A program made the translations under genes and the position numbers. A stretch of DNA of 61,724 nt, the filler included, from Sphacelaria rigidula (taxonomy: Eukaryota): NCBI GenBank assembly GCA_964200075.2. It is 8 parts of 8 records of this genome, joined end to end, with 100 filler letters (N's around TTAATTAATTAA, not from the genome) between each part and the next. Parts side by side here need not be neighbours in the genome. Positions count along the whole stretch, not along the records: positions 7,730 to 15,358 come from CAXNAA020014032.1; positions 15,459 to 23,087 come from CAXNAA020014033.1; positions 23,188 to 30,815 come from CAXNAA020014034.1; 5 more parts are not named here. One strand, 5' to 3'. The stretch's first letter is position 1; each line of letters begins with the position of its first letter. Of the stretch, positions 13,551 through 28,630 are shown piece by piece. The notes under the pieces were generated by a model. The model was not told where the DNA came from. It searched no databases and saw only the letters and a list, made by a program, of their open reading frames with translations.

Positions 13551-14756
13551 CGAGCTGGGCCAGCCTACAGGCGGCAAGGAAGTTTCCAGGCGAATGCGCC
13601 GGCCAATATTTAGAGTTGGACCCTGAAATTTGGTATGGACAATTCATAGAGCATAATAAAAAATCGGACAGAAGCACCATATATATATATATATATTACG
13701 TGAGTTAAGGGCGTTTTACTGAAACCTGAAAACTAATTATTGCCCTTAACTCACGAAGAAAAGAAGAAACTTCTGGTGCTTCTTCCCGATTTTTTGTTAT
13801 GCCCTATGCATTGTCCATACCAAATTTCAGGGTCCAACTCTAAATCTTGGCCCGCGCATTCGCCTTTTAAGAACCGGATCGGTAGAAATTCGGAACATCA
13901 TTTCGCCGGCCACTCACCGGCCCACGTTTGGTTTTTGTGTATTGAAATTTTGTTTGGGCCCTCGCCAGGGCATAATTAACAACACTCGGTGGGTCAGATT
14001 TTTCATAAGTCATTTGTTTCACCGATTGAGGGCGTTTGAGTATAGTAAAGACCATTTCTTCACGAGAACGCTCCAACCTCTATGAAAAAACTAAGAAATA
14101 TGAAGGCCCATTTTTTTTTTCGGCACACTTTTGTGGTTCTCCATGCTAAGTTTTGAATCACAATTCTAAGAATTGAGCTAAAACATTGAGATAAGGCCTC
14201 AGAGCAATGTTCATCTTCGCTCAAAACTCCACTAAAACACACATAAAAAAATGAAAAAGTTCACAAGCTGCTTTTATTTTTTCCTCTTATGCACTAGCGG
14301 TTCACCACACGAAATTTCATGGAACGACTCGCAAAAACTGAGACGCAATATCCAGATTAAGGGCATCTAGTGCCTCTGCTCGTAATATATTGATTTTAGT
14401 ATAGAAACTCGTGTGCGCCATATCTCAGGATAGATAACGAATTAGGTGAAGATGGGGGTATCTATCGTCTCCCCTTGATCCAGAGAATGTCCACACCAAA
14501 TTTCGTTGCCATCCGCTGAATGCATCGATCGGGGGTTTGATAGAGATTTTAGTATGGACGCCATCTCCGTTAGGTATGGGAATGACTAGACATGGGGTTT
14601 AATCAACGAGAAAATTTGGGCCCAAACTTTTGACCAGATGAGCACCTTCCCCTTGGTTGGACGATTAATACGGTATACGGATCATGGCCCAACTCGTCTG
14701 TGTCAACGAGATATTGCTTTTAGAGCTTAAATCCGTTTTGAGGCTGGCCCAGCTCG
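13551..14756. mobile_element. Tc1/mariner-type non-autonomous element, TA TSD
   Basis: TA|CGAGCTGGGCCAGCCT ... AGGCTGGCCCAGCTCG|TA; a homologous left end also occurs at 45249-45316. Confidence 0.85.
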
Positions 14757-16242
14757 TATCTGAGTCTGTCTCGCGTACGACGTGTTGGGTTTTCTCATTT
14801 GGTTCTTGCGCAAATGTGAACCCTGTAATAATGTTTTGAAGCCGATGATGGTTCGTCATCATCCACCACTCCACTCCGCCACCGCCGCCGCCAGCACCGT
14901 AACCCCCACGCCGGGACCCCCCATTAAAGTAAATTTTATTCTGTGTGTTAGTCATCATCCAGAGATGGGGTTTCTGTCCCTGGGCGTGTAATACCGCACG
15001 TTTTGCCTCAGAGCTCTGTTCGACATTCCATCTTCGTGCTGGTGTACTTTACATAGCTTCTGCATCAGTCATCATTCGTTGTAGTCATAAACCAAGTAAA
15101 AACCTAGGAGGCACTTACTCACTCCATCTGTGCTCCGTGGGCCCAGCTCTTGGCTGCCCTACCCTCCCCACGACAGTAATCATAAAAGACGAAGCTTTGC
15201 ATTTCCGTCACTCATCCAATGTTTACATTTTGCGGTCAGGAGGGGGAAGGGGGACGGGGGGGGGGGGGGGGGGGGGGGGGGATTCTTTGTTTGGTTGCCC
15301 GTGGGGTTTGCCCCCCCCCCCCGCTTTCCTTTCGGGAGGGAGGGGGGGGGGGGGGGGGNNNNNNNNNNNNNNNNNNNNNNNNNNNNNNNNNNNNNNNNNN
15401 NNTTAATTAATTAANNNNNNNNNNNNNNNNNNNNNNNNNNNNNNNNNNNNNNNNNNNNACAATTTGCAGACAGCGGGATGTTGCCAAATCTCTCAGCGAA
15501 AAGCCATCGATTCGCGGAGACTTTTCTCCGTGTGGGAATTGCCGTTCCATTACGCATTCCTCGCACACCGCACCCGCAATGGTACTGTCAGTACTCCATC
15601 ACACACTCCTCGCATACAAGCTTAGAACAGTCAGTGCGAAAGTAGTTGTTCATGTTGTATGTACAGTACAGTCTCGACAGCATAACCGCTGCAGCACTCC
15701 GTGCATCCTCTTCATGACTGTAGGATCAGAGACAGGCAGTACAGACAATACAGTGTTTTTCTGCCGGCAGCGTTACTACCGCAAAATAGCAAGATGCCGC
15801 CCCTGCTGGCTGCGTTGACTGCTCGCATCGTTTCATGCTCGTCGTGCCCGCCACCAATTGCGGACTCTGTAGTAGTCTGCGTACTGAGACGGTTGCTACC
15901 GCACTACTAACTGTCCCGTGAATTAGTTGTGTGCGGTATGGCACAAACCGTCTGCTGCAAACATTGCGCCGCTTGCGACACGACTACTGTACCAAGCGGC
16001 GGTCGGCTGAAGTAAAGATTGATACGCCCATCATTTCGATCCCTATTATACCAATAGCTACTGTGCGTGTGCTTGCGTGTGTCGCCATCCCATCCATCCT
16101 GTACCTCGACAAGATTATTCACGTGTTGGTTTACCGCGGGTGGCACAAGCACAAAATGCAAATTATCACCACCAGCGTCTGCACGCAGGCTAGATGATGG
16201 CTTCGGGTGTACAAATCCCCAGGATTTTTTCATAGGCTATAA

Positions 16243-17541
16243 GGCCGTTTCTTCCGGTTCGTTTTTTCCCCTCGTTTTTTGCAACAAATTATGAGGAAAA
16301 AATACCGCTAGGAAAATACTATGAGACATGTTGACCCTAGCTTACGGTTGCAGTTTTTTTATTTGAGGGGGGTAGATACCAAAAGGGTAGAGGGATACCA
16401 AAAGGACGGTCAGCGGAATTCGAAGGGATGTGCAGGCCAAGGCGAGGTACAAGGACCCAAAGACTTTGCCACGCCAAGCTCTCTGTGTTTGTGTAAGAAG
16501 ACGTGAAACGTAGACCTCCCCCGATCGCTGCTGGCCCAGCTCGCACTGTGTGCAAACTGACACCTTCAACCTATACTGCCATATCACGTATGCGGCAGTA
16601 CAGACAAAAGTACTGTACTGTCTAGTGCTGCCTGTACTGCACTCCTGCACATCACTTCTAGTGCAGCCGTTGTATATTACCGTCTCCAACCTGACACGTG
16701 CGCATGTATACTGCCGTATGCGGCAGGCACAACAGGCAGTATTGTACTGCTTAGTTCTGTCTGTACTGCGCGTTGCCTACATCATAATTAGTACAGCCGT
16801 TGTACTACTGGCAAACTAACGTTTTCATCCTACTGTACTGTTAAATGCGGCAGTACAATCCACATACTGTCTGCACTGCACGTCGTTTAAATCATTTCGG
16901 CAGCCGTTGGGTGCAGCATGGCATGTGGATCCTACTGTTTAATCGGCAGTACAGATAGCACAGTACTGCCTGCTGTTGTCTGTATTGCACGTTGTCCACA
17001 TATCTCACGCTGTACGCATCATTTTTACTACAGCCGTGTATACTACCGCTGTGTGAAAGCTGACACCTACAACTCACTGCATGAGACAGCACAGACAGGA
17101 GTATCCTGTAATCTCTGCGCTGGGTATTGTCTGTGCTGCAGGTTTTCGAGAGAACGGTCGATGTTAATAAATCATCAGCCCCTTACGACATCTCGCGTGC
17201 GCCGGGACGGCGAAGCAAAGTTTGGTCTGGTGCGTAAACGGCGCTGGGGATGTTCGATATTGCCCCGCAGATGTCGAAGGGCACAAACATGTTCAGGGCT
17301 GGCGAGCGCTGCTAGTCTCGCCGCGCCGCAGATGAAAAAAACGAGAGTAAAATACGAGTCGATCTCGTCTTGTATTTTCTCAAAAAATACAAGCCAGGAG
17401 GGCCCATCTCGTAAAACGTCCCCCGTCTTGTATTTTTTTCCCGAGAATCTTGTGAAATAACCAACCGTAAGTAGCCATCTTGTATTTTTCCCTCGTTATT
17501 TGCAAATAATGAGGGGAGATAACCAACCGGAAGAAACGGCC
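16243..17541. mobile_element. PIF/Harbinger-type non-autonomous element, TAA TSD
   Basis: TAA|GGCCGTTTCTTCCGGTT ... AACCGGAAGAAACGGCC|TAA; a homologous left end begins at about 46120 after TTA. Confidence 0.88.
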
Positions 17542-17769
17542 TAAGGTGGGGTTCTGAAAACTGATTTCTCTGGAGAAATTCTGTGGGAAAAGTCGTCCAA
17601 AATGACTTTTCTCAGTCTATAAGAAGCGGCCTGATCGTGAATATGGGTGTATTCAGTATGAGTACGAGGTTTGTGTTGGCGGATGACGAATTAAAAGGGA
17701 TGTACTCTGGCGTATGCCGAAGTTGAAATAAGATATAAGGAATCGCGTGTCCAAGGCGCGAACGCCACA

Positions 17770-18319
17770 GAGTTGAATAAGTCGGATTCTGACATTTTGC
17801 GGCGTAACTTGGACCCGTCACACTCTTTCCGAATCGTTCTTTTCTTTGCATTTTTGGGAGCGGCGCGGCGCTTCCAGAACAATTTTTTCAGAGCTTACTC
17901 CAGAAAAGCTTGTTCCAACCCCAGCAGAAGTTACTCGAAATCTCCACCCCACCTTTGAAGCTCCGGTCAAAAGCCTGCCCATCTTCTGCTGAGGCATGTC
18001 TGCTACTGGGAGTGCGGACCAGGTGCCGGAACGCAAGAATTTCAACAACGAACAAAAAGAGGAGGTGATTCGGCATCTCCTTGCTGGCAGCAACAACGGT
18101 GTCCTGGTGCTATCAAGCTGAACTTTCGCATTTTTCCAGATCAGGGGATGACTACGAATCATTCCCTTCGTTGTTGAGTTTTTTTTTCCCGTCCAGCATC
18201 ATATTCGATCGTATTTTAAACTTGTCCGATGTCGCACAACCGCTAAATAACCGCGTTCTGACAACTCCGAATTATATTCTGAATTTCAGAATCCGACTTA
18301 TATTTACGATCAGAGGGAG
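17770..18319. mobile_element. Diverged copy of the Stowaway-like MITE, opposite orientation
   Basis: Ends ...GATCAGAGGGAG|TA; 17941-17991 is the reverse complement of 12288-12336. Left boundary approximate. Confidence 0.7.
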
Positions 18320-19561
18320 TAAAGAATAGCTGAAATCACGGCTCATCACATCGGAGCCTTCCTTTTCCACCGTACATTTCCCATAGAAAATAATGTGCGA
18401 AGACACGCCGTAATGATAAAACAATCGTTGATGCCAACTGGGAGGAGAATGCGGTGGACATATGCGATGGCAATTCTTTGTTCCACCACATTTTTTCGAG
18501 CGACAAAACCATATATGAAGATATGTCATCTATGGGGGGGTGTTGACGTCGAAATATGATGTTTTACTACTGGTACACACCACCCGCCTTTGCTTGCTTG
18601 GGCACCAACCCGCGACGGGCAGGAATCGCTACCAAACCTAATTGGCCCCTCTGTACCTCTCCATAAATCAGGCTCGTTCCCTGGATGAGACGAACGCCTA
18701 TTTCGTGGCAACAGAAAAGGTGAACACCGTTCGCTTGGCGGTGTTCACTGACCGCGAAAGGCACAGGCACGGTAGATATGACACTTGATAATATCCGATT
18801 AGCTCGGTATCGGTAGGGTATGACATGTCCGAAATACCAGTACGGGGTACCTACCTTACCCTGTGTACCGGGCTTCAAAACTGTCATCCGGCAGTGCGGA
18901 GAAGCGTTTGAAATCCCTGTGCAAGTTCGACAGTCAAATTATTGATGTGCCTAAGGTGGGCAGCCCCACCCCCACACGCACGCAACGCACAACGCTAACC
19001 TGCACACCTCAAACCATCATGACCACCAGCTGGATTGTTGCAATCAGCTAACAGGGCGAGACACACAATCCATGGATCAATCATGAGTACCGCGTGGTTA
19101 TTGAAGTGGGTGGAGTGACGAGAGCACTCTGAGGATAAAACAGTAGTAAGTGCAAATTTGAAATTCGAAAGTCATATTCTCATCTCGAGGGGGTAGCGCT
19201 GTAATTTGTGGCACCAAGGTATTTCAGTAGTACGTAAGAGGAGGTGCAATAGTACGCAAGAGCAGGATTTGCCTCTTCATGTGGTTGATTTTTTCATGAA
19301 GAGCACCCGGCAATGGCGCAGTAATAACGGTATATATATGTGTGCGGTTATTAATTTGGTACTTTGGCACTTTGTTGTCTTTTTTGTATGTCTCTTGCGA
19401 CCCCTTACATTTTGTTATTGCTGTCCCTCTTCCTCGTTCTTGTCTCCCTGCTTGTTTGCACGTGGAATATTATCGTGTATGATGCTCATCTTCGATATAA
19501 ATGATGAAACACTGTACAGCACCGTAACGATGATAAAATATTTTATATCCATTTCCCCAAA

Positions 19562-19877
19562 CCGATCGCCCCGGTGGCTCAGTTGGTAACCATGATCTGG
19601 GATTTTTTCTCACGCCATGCCCAACAGTGGAGAGCGACTATGTCGTGGGTACACACAGTTCGACTTGACGGTCGACGAGGGAAAGGGACCGCTGGATACC
19701 TCTTGCGATATAAAGAAAGGCAAGCACCGCAGAAGATAGGTGGGGTACTAAAAAACAAATAAAAAAGAAAAAGCTCCTGTGTTGACCTTCCTCCTGTGTG
19801 ATCCCGGCTGATGCGCCCACACATACCGAAAGGTGCAGACTGGCGTCCAGAATAGAAGGAACATCAAAACAAACACA
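19562..19877 (+). mobile_element. tRNA-derived SINE of the same family (B-box part deleted), about 12-bp TSD
   Basis: Head GCCCCGGTGGCTCAGTTGGTAACC, body shared with the 53831 copy, tail shared with the 43685 copy. Flanks are CATTTCCCCAAA (19550-19561) and CATTTCTCCAGA (19878-19889). Confidence 0.85.
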
Positions 19878-20526
19878 CATTTCTCCAGAACATCAGACTA
19901 CATAATAATAACTTCATTCGAATTGATCCAAACACGAAAATCAGGGGGAATCTGGGTATATTTCGCCGGTGAAAACGAGACGTACCTGCTCGGACAACTT
20001 CTGGCCTTTGCGTAAGTTGGGACCAGCTGCTGCACTGTGGGGATCGATATCGGTAGGGTGTGACATGTCCCAAATACCATTACTGGGTACTAGTATCTAC
20101 CTTACCTAGGGTGCCTGTGTAGTGCCATCACGTACATGAAAACCGTAGCACCAACAGCTGCCCGTAACTAGAGCATGAGTGTAGGCGCCGCACGTGTATG
20201 TAGTGTGTTGCGTGCAATTTTTTCATGGCAGTAGGTCATTGACGTCGCACATCGCACACTCGCGAGTGCCTGTGAAATAGGCCGCATGGCACACCTCCCT
20301 ACCTTCCAGGCTTCGAGCGGTGACGGCCTCTGTACTGTACAGTATATTTACAGGCAGCACGGAAAAAAAAAGTAATCCTACTTCCATATATTTCTTATAA
20401 ATTGCAGAATAATACAAGAGTGTGAGTATTTGCTGCAAACGCGGCCGGTCTGACGCGATAGCGCCCCCTTGTAAAAAGCAAGTGCGGTACCTCTCAATAA
20501 GACCGCTGTCACGCAACCGTGGAGTG

Positions 20527-21401
20527 CTACGTATTACTTACTGCACCATGTGCACAAACGGGTCTAACCTCTAAACGTGAGTTAGTTTGATGGCGACGAC
20601 ACTTCGCTAAGCAGGTCACACACGACCTCATCACGCACAGATACACCAGAGGCTTGCCCTCACCTGATTGCGGTATTTCTTCGCAGACGTCGAACCCTAT
20701 TTGGCAACCACGTGTGCCAGCACACATCAACATGAGCCGCGGCCGCCCCTATGAGCGCGTCACCCTTCACACTAGCGTCCAGCCCCGGGGTTGGCCCATT
20801 GTGTATGCGCCGCCCCGACAGCTGCTGTAGCCTCGTGAGCGAACTCTCGAGGACGGTGTGGGAAGTGTACGCAAACCTCCGATAACTGGTCCGCAATAGC
20901 GGTCGCATCTCCGTCGGTGTGGGCGTAAACCGCAATGTGAACTGGATACTTGTGGTGGGGGCTCGCGTGTTGCGCCGTTAGTTTCACGTCAGATGCTGGT
21001 ATGCAGCTAGGACGAAGCTGCTGAGGCAGTACTGAACAACAGTGCACTCAAGTACTGGAGCACGAAACACATACTTTAGGTTATGTGATCTATGGTTGAT
21101 TTACCATCACCAAAATGAGATTTGGGGGTAGACAGCGAAAGTAGTCTTACGTAGTCTTCCTCTACGGGAGAAGAAGTGCTCATGTTGACGACCATGATTG
21201 GTCAGAATGGTCACCTCTCGGGCCTCTTGCACGGCTCGTAATTTTTCGCGGGAAACTTCCAAAACACACATGGTTGAGTCCGTAAGCTTCCCCGATGCTA
21301 TGGGGAGAGCCCCCCCCCCCCCCCGAGCTCTGAAAACCCCCGCATGTCTCGGGCCTGTCAGCCTGTACAGCTGTTCCGAGGCGACGCTCGCTGTCTGAGG
21401 G
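20527..21401. mobile_element. piggyBac-type element, family A, copy 1 (left end not found)
   Basis: Ends CTCGCTGTCTGAGGG|TTAA; 20950-21401 is colinear with 22680-23020 and 38770-39235. Confidence 0.7.
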
Positions 21402-21405
21402 TTAA

Positions 21406-23087
21406 GCCTTAGACGGCGACCCCCCTGCTGGTGGACTGAGGTACAGTAGACACTCCACTTTTTGGGTTCAGCATCATTCCTGTCACAACTCAAAGCGCCT
21501 ACTCCACGGCGGAAGGGACCGGGAGTGCATAAGAGGCACGTAGTTGTGAGAGTCATAGCACAGACGGTGGTGCGGTTGTCGACCACCTGATTATTACGCC
21601 TCATATTTTTGCTGTGCAGTATGTAGTGTATATCGTGCTGGGGCTGCACGTGAGGTCTGCAGCATACTGGATCTTACAGTGTTGAACGTCCCGAGTGTAC
21701 GCAGCGTGCGTTTGGATATCGCACCATGACTACCGCCGCGAACGCCCCTGACTACCGTAGAGCAATTGCTCGCGGATGGCGGTCACCTCACCGTCGAAGT
21801 ACTTGTCTACATCCAAGACTCACTTTTAAGGAAAACGAATCTCGATTTTTGGGGCCCCGACTTTGCAAAGTCGGGGAGACCGTTTTATGGCACAGGCAGT
21901 ACAGTATCACAGATTTGTGAAACGGTTCTGTACACAGACGGTCATTTTTGGCATGAGTGAGATACTGCGTACTGCTGCATGAAGCCGAAGAGCAGGCAGG
22001 CGGTAAACAATCCTCGAGTACAGTGTCGGACCTTGATACCCTAGGGTAATACAGTGCAGGACACTTCATCGGTACAGTACATGACAATGCTTTGTTGTGG
22101 TACATGACGGCACAGTCGGTATTGCGAGAACAGAGGACGGACAGTGCGCGAGCAGAGTTTGATAGTGCAGTGCCGCATATCACCCTTCAAGCACAGCGAC
22201 AACAGCTAGGAGAGTACAGTAGCGTTCGTTATAGTGATACATTTGGCAGCGCAGCGCAGTAAAAAATATTACTATCGCCATAGGGTATGGCGTCAGCACT
22301 TACTATCCGCTGTGTCAAACTCCGTGCGAAGTTGCTTCAGCAGCTGGGGGCGGCAGTACGCACGCCCTGTGCTGTCACGAGACTTTCTCCTGCTGCCGTT
22401 GCAAAAATATCAATCGCCTTGTACTCTAGCAATGTACGTAAATGCACGTACGTCATCTCAAAAAAATCGGGGGAAGTCACGAACTCGGAACGATTTCTCC
22501 CCATTTATATCCGAAAAATCGGGGGGGGAAACATTCCGAGATCATGACCCCCCGATTTTTTCGCCCCCGATTTGGACCAAATCCGTGTCCATGAAGTGCG
22601 TTCCCCGATTTTTCGTCCTCCCGATTTTGAAAAAATCGAGATTCGTACCTGGCATAAAAGTAGGTCTAAGTGCGTAAGATACTCCTGGCCGCCGCTCGCG
22701 TGTTGCGCCATGACGTTTTATACCAGATGGAGGTGTGGAGCAGTACTGAATAGACAGACACAGTGTACCCAACATGCTCGAACACCTGCTTTTTGGTTAT
22801 TTAATCTATGGTTGATTTGGCATGATCAAAATGAGATTTCCCGCAGCTGGCTACCTCTACCGGAACAAAAGTGCTGATTTTGACCACCGGGATTGGTCAG
22901 AATGGTAATCGCGCGCCTCTTGGGCCTCTTGCACGGCTTATAATTTTCCGCGGGAAACTTCCAAACACACATGGTTGAATGCGTGAGCTTCTCCGATGCT
23001 TCACGGAGAGGCACCCCTCCCCCCGGCCCCGCCCCGGCCGCGACCGCGGGGCCCCACCCGCCCGTCGCGGGGGGAGGCGGGTCCGCC
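21406..23087. mobile_element. piggyBac-type element, family A, copy 2, in tandem with copy 1 and truncated by the contig end
   Basis: Starts TTAA|GCCTTAGACGGCGA, sharing the TTAA at 21402-21405; colinear with 38644-39140 apart from the insertion at 21817-22666. Confidence 0.8.
21817..22666. mobile_element. Nested TIR element, probably PIF/Harbinger-like (CAA/TAA flanks)
   Basis: Imperfect TIR GACTCACTTTTA..ACGAATCTCGATTTTT / AAAAATCGAGATTCGT..TAAAAGTAGGTC; the segment is absent from the sister copy at about 38750 (empty site). Confidence 0.78.
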
Positions 23088-25699
23088 NNNNNNNNNNNNN
23101 NNNNNNNNNNNNNNNNNNNNNNNNNNNNNNNTTAATTAATTAANNNNNNNNNNNNNNNNNNNNNNNNNNNNNNNNNNNNNNNNNNNNCACTGTTTTAGGC
23201 TTGAACCTCATCTCGAAGTTAAACCTCAATTCGCACAATTTGGTGTTTATGGTATGTACTGCTGTACTGCACTACGACTATGTAGCACAGCATGGTAATT
23301 TGACAACACACCTCATCGAAGCTCTCTGATACAGCAGTATCCGTGAAAACCTTGTACGGAGTGGTATGCAAATATATTTATCTACCGCATGTACTGCTCA
23401 GCGTACTGTAGTACGGTTGTGTACTATATCGTGAATCTACGTGTAAAATCGGACAACACACCTCATCGCTCGTCGCCTTGTGCAAAGGTTGGCGTTTCTG
23501 CGATCCCTGGCGGCTTGTTGGCGCTGTTGCTGCCGTTGACCAGTACTGGGCAAAGAATCTTGCTACCGACCCATGAGAGATGTACGCTCCGCACGTAAAC
23601 TCTCTCGGGTAAGAGGGGTAGACGTAGATGACCGACCGCCCACAGAGTGCCGGGAGTTACGACGACGAGGACCACCGAGGGCGATGAGTTCTGGTCCACC
23701 AGTGGAGGCAAGCGGAGTGGTGGAGAAGAACGATATCTGCCCCCGGAGAGTACGGCCAGACGGAGTGCCGCGTGATCGGGGTATTCCGCGGTTACTTCCA
23801 TTTGAATTTTGCGCCATCGTTGAGACAGCAATAAGGACGAGAAGTACTCGTGCGATATGTGGCATACTCAGCACGGCTGCGGGTGTGCGTTGAGCCCAGT
23901 GCAAGTGGTAGACCGATGTGTATCTAAACACCGTTCATTTTGTCGGATAAATACAGATTCGTAAGTTTCCTCGAATTTTGAACAAGACGTTCGAGGGAGT
24001 ATAGGAAATGCATGTAGCGTAACACCTGGGACGATAGGCCACAATTTCTGAACGCACAGGAAACGGTGACAAAAACACACGTGTGGATGTATTTGTGATG
24101 AAGTAGATGTTTCATTTGATATGACATACTTTATTTTGCTTCCGTATTGACAGAGATATACTATTCCAAAGTTTTTGTGCGCGTGTCCCACCGTCCTTGC
24201 AGCGCCGGGCACAGCCGCATTAGCAGCCATGGGTCAAACTGAACCCAGCGAAGATGAAATGACCTGAAACTTCGTGCGGATCCTCATAACAGCTAGATGC
24301 GAAATGAGGTGGTTTCTAGCGTGAAGGACGCTTGATTTGAAAAAGTGCAAGGGTTTGGCCCGTCGAATGACAAGGGATCACCACCACCACCACCACCACC
24401 GCCATTTTTTTACTTTCCACACGGATACATCTCAGGTGCCCCTGAGAGAAAAGTACGGCAGGACAGAACAAAAATGTATCCCTCCTCTCCCCCCCTCACC
24501 GCTTCTTCTCGAGTAAAACGGCCCATGATCGTCCTAGACGCAATTTCCCTTGCTGGGGGGTGGTACATGTTCGCGCCGTTTTCTGTTATAGTGGGATATG
24601 TAGGGGTCGAGAGCTCCGCCACGGTTCCCTCTTGTAGAGGTGCTCAACACGAAACAGAAGCAGGCGTCTTTAATCAGAAGCTAACCGCACAGTGCGACGT
24701 TACCGGCGTTCCTTCAAAGATCCACAATACATATTTTCAGGTACAAGGTGGTCCTGCACCTGATAGCATGAGAGCATATGCTTGACAACCCTGTGTTGTC
24801 TTAGCCGATGGGGATCACCATCAGTGTGACGTGAATACCCTTGCGGGTCATTCATGATGGCACGTCGGGTTTGGATCTTGCCTGTACCCCACTTGCGAAA
24901 ATATTTAGATGCCAGACTGCCCGTCAAGTAGGTATATTTCCCGCCGGCTGTGTGATGCGGTGTAGGCTATTTGTATAATACATCTCTAGGGACCAAACAT
25001 GGAACCAATAGCGATGACCATGCTGCTCAGAGCATGTTAACCCCGCCTCCTTTTTCTACACTGGGGAAGCTGCGTCCATTCCCTTGCCCAAGAAAATACA
25101 ACGGCATGCCACTATAGGAAGTATATTTTGTTTCTCCTGTAGCAAGCAAAAACAAGATCTAGGGCAACGACCAGTCACCACCCATACCTATTTCACTCGG
25201 AGCGCCCATTGCCGAAGGGTCAAGAGATTCTGATCGCAGGTCCCTTTTTCAACTCCCCACTCACCCCTGCTTTTCTCACCCCACTTCTAGCTGCCTATAT
25301 TTCGCTTAATCTGATCGTAATATCAGTATAATCTCGACAAATACTATGTACACATTCAACTTCTCAGTCCCTCTATATTTTCCTGCTGCCCTGATTTCTT
25401 AACCCGGCCTCGCACGCGTGAGGCGCTGCAAAACTGCGCTGCGGCTACAAAATTGCGCTGCGTCATCAGCACCTTAGCCTCGGTATGCTGCAGGGTGAAA
25501 TCTTCTCCATGCCCACCCGGGAAGCGGTGCACGCACGTAGCCGAAATGGTAATGCTTTAGAAAAAGCTTATATTTCTCCGTCAATCTAACGGAGCGGCCA
25601 CAGATTTGATGTGGACGCCACACCACCGACAGGAAGCGTTGTTGCCCAGAGCGAAAACGGCACAAAACGGTCCCAATCAGCCCCCGATGAATTTTGAAG

Positions 25700-28630
<2,931 letters not shown>

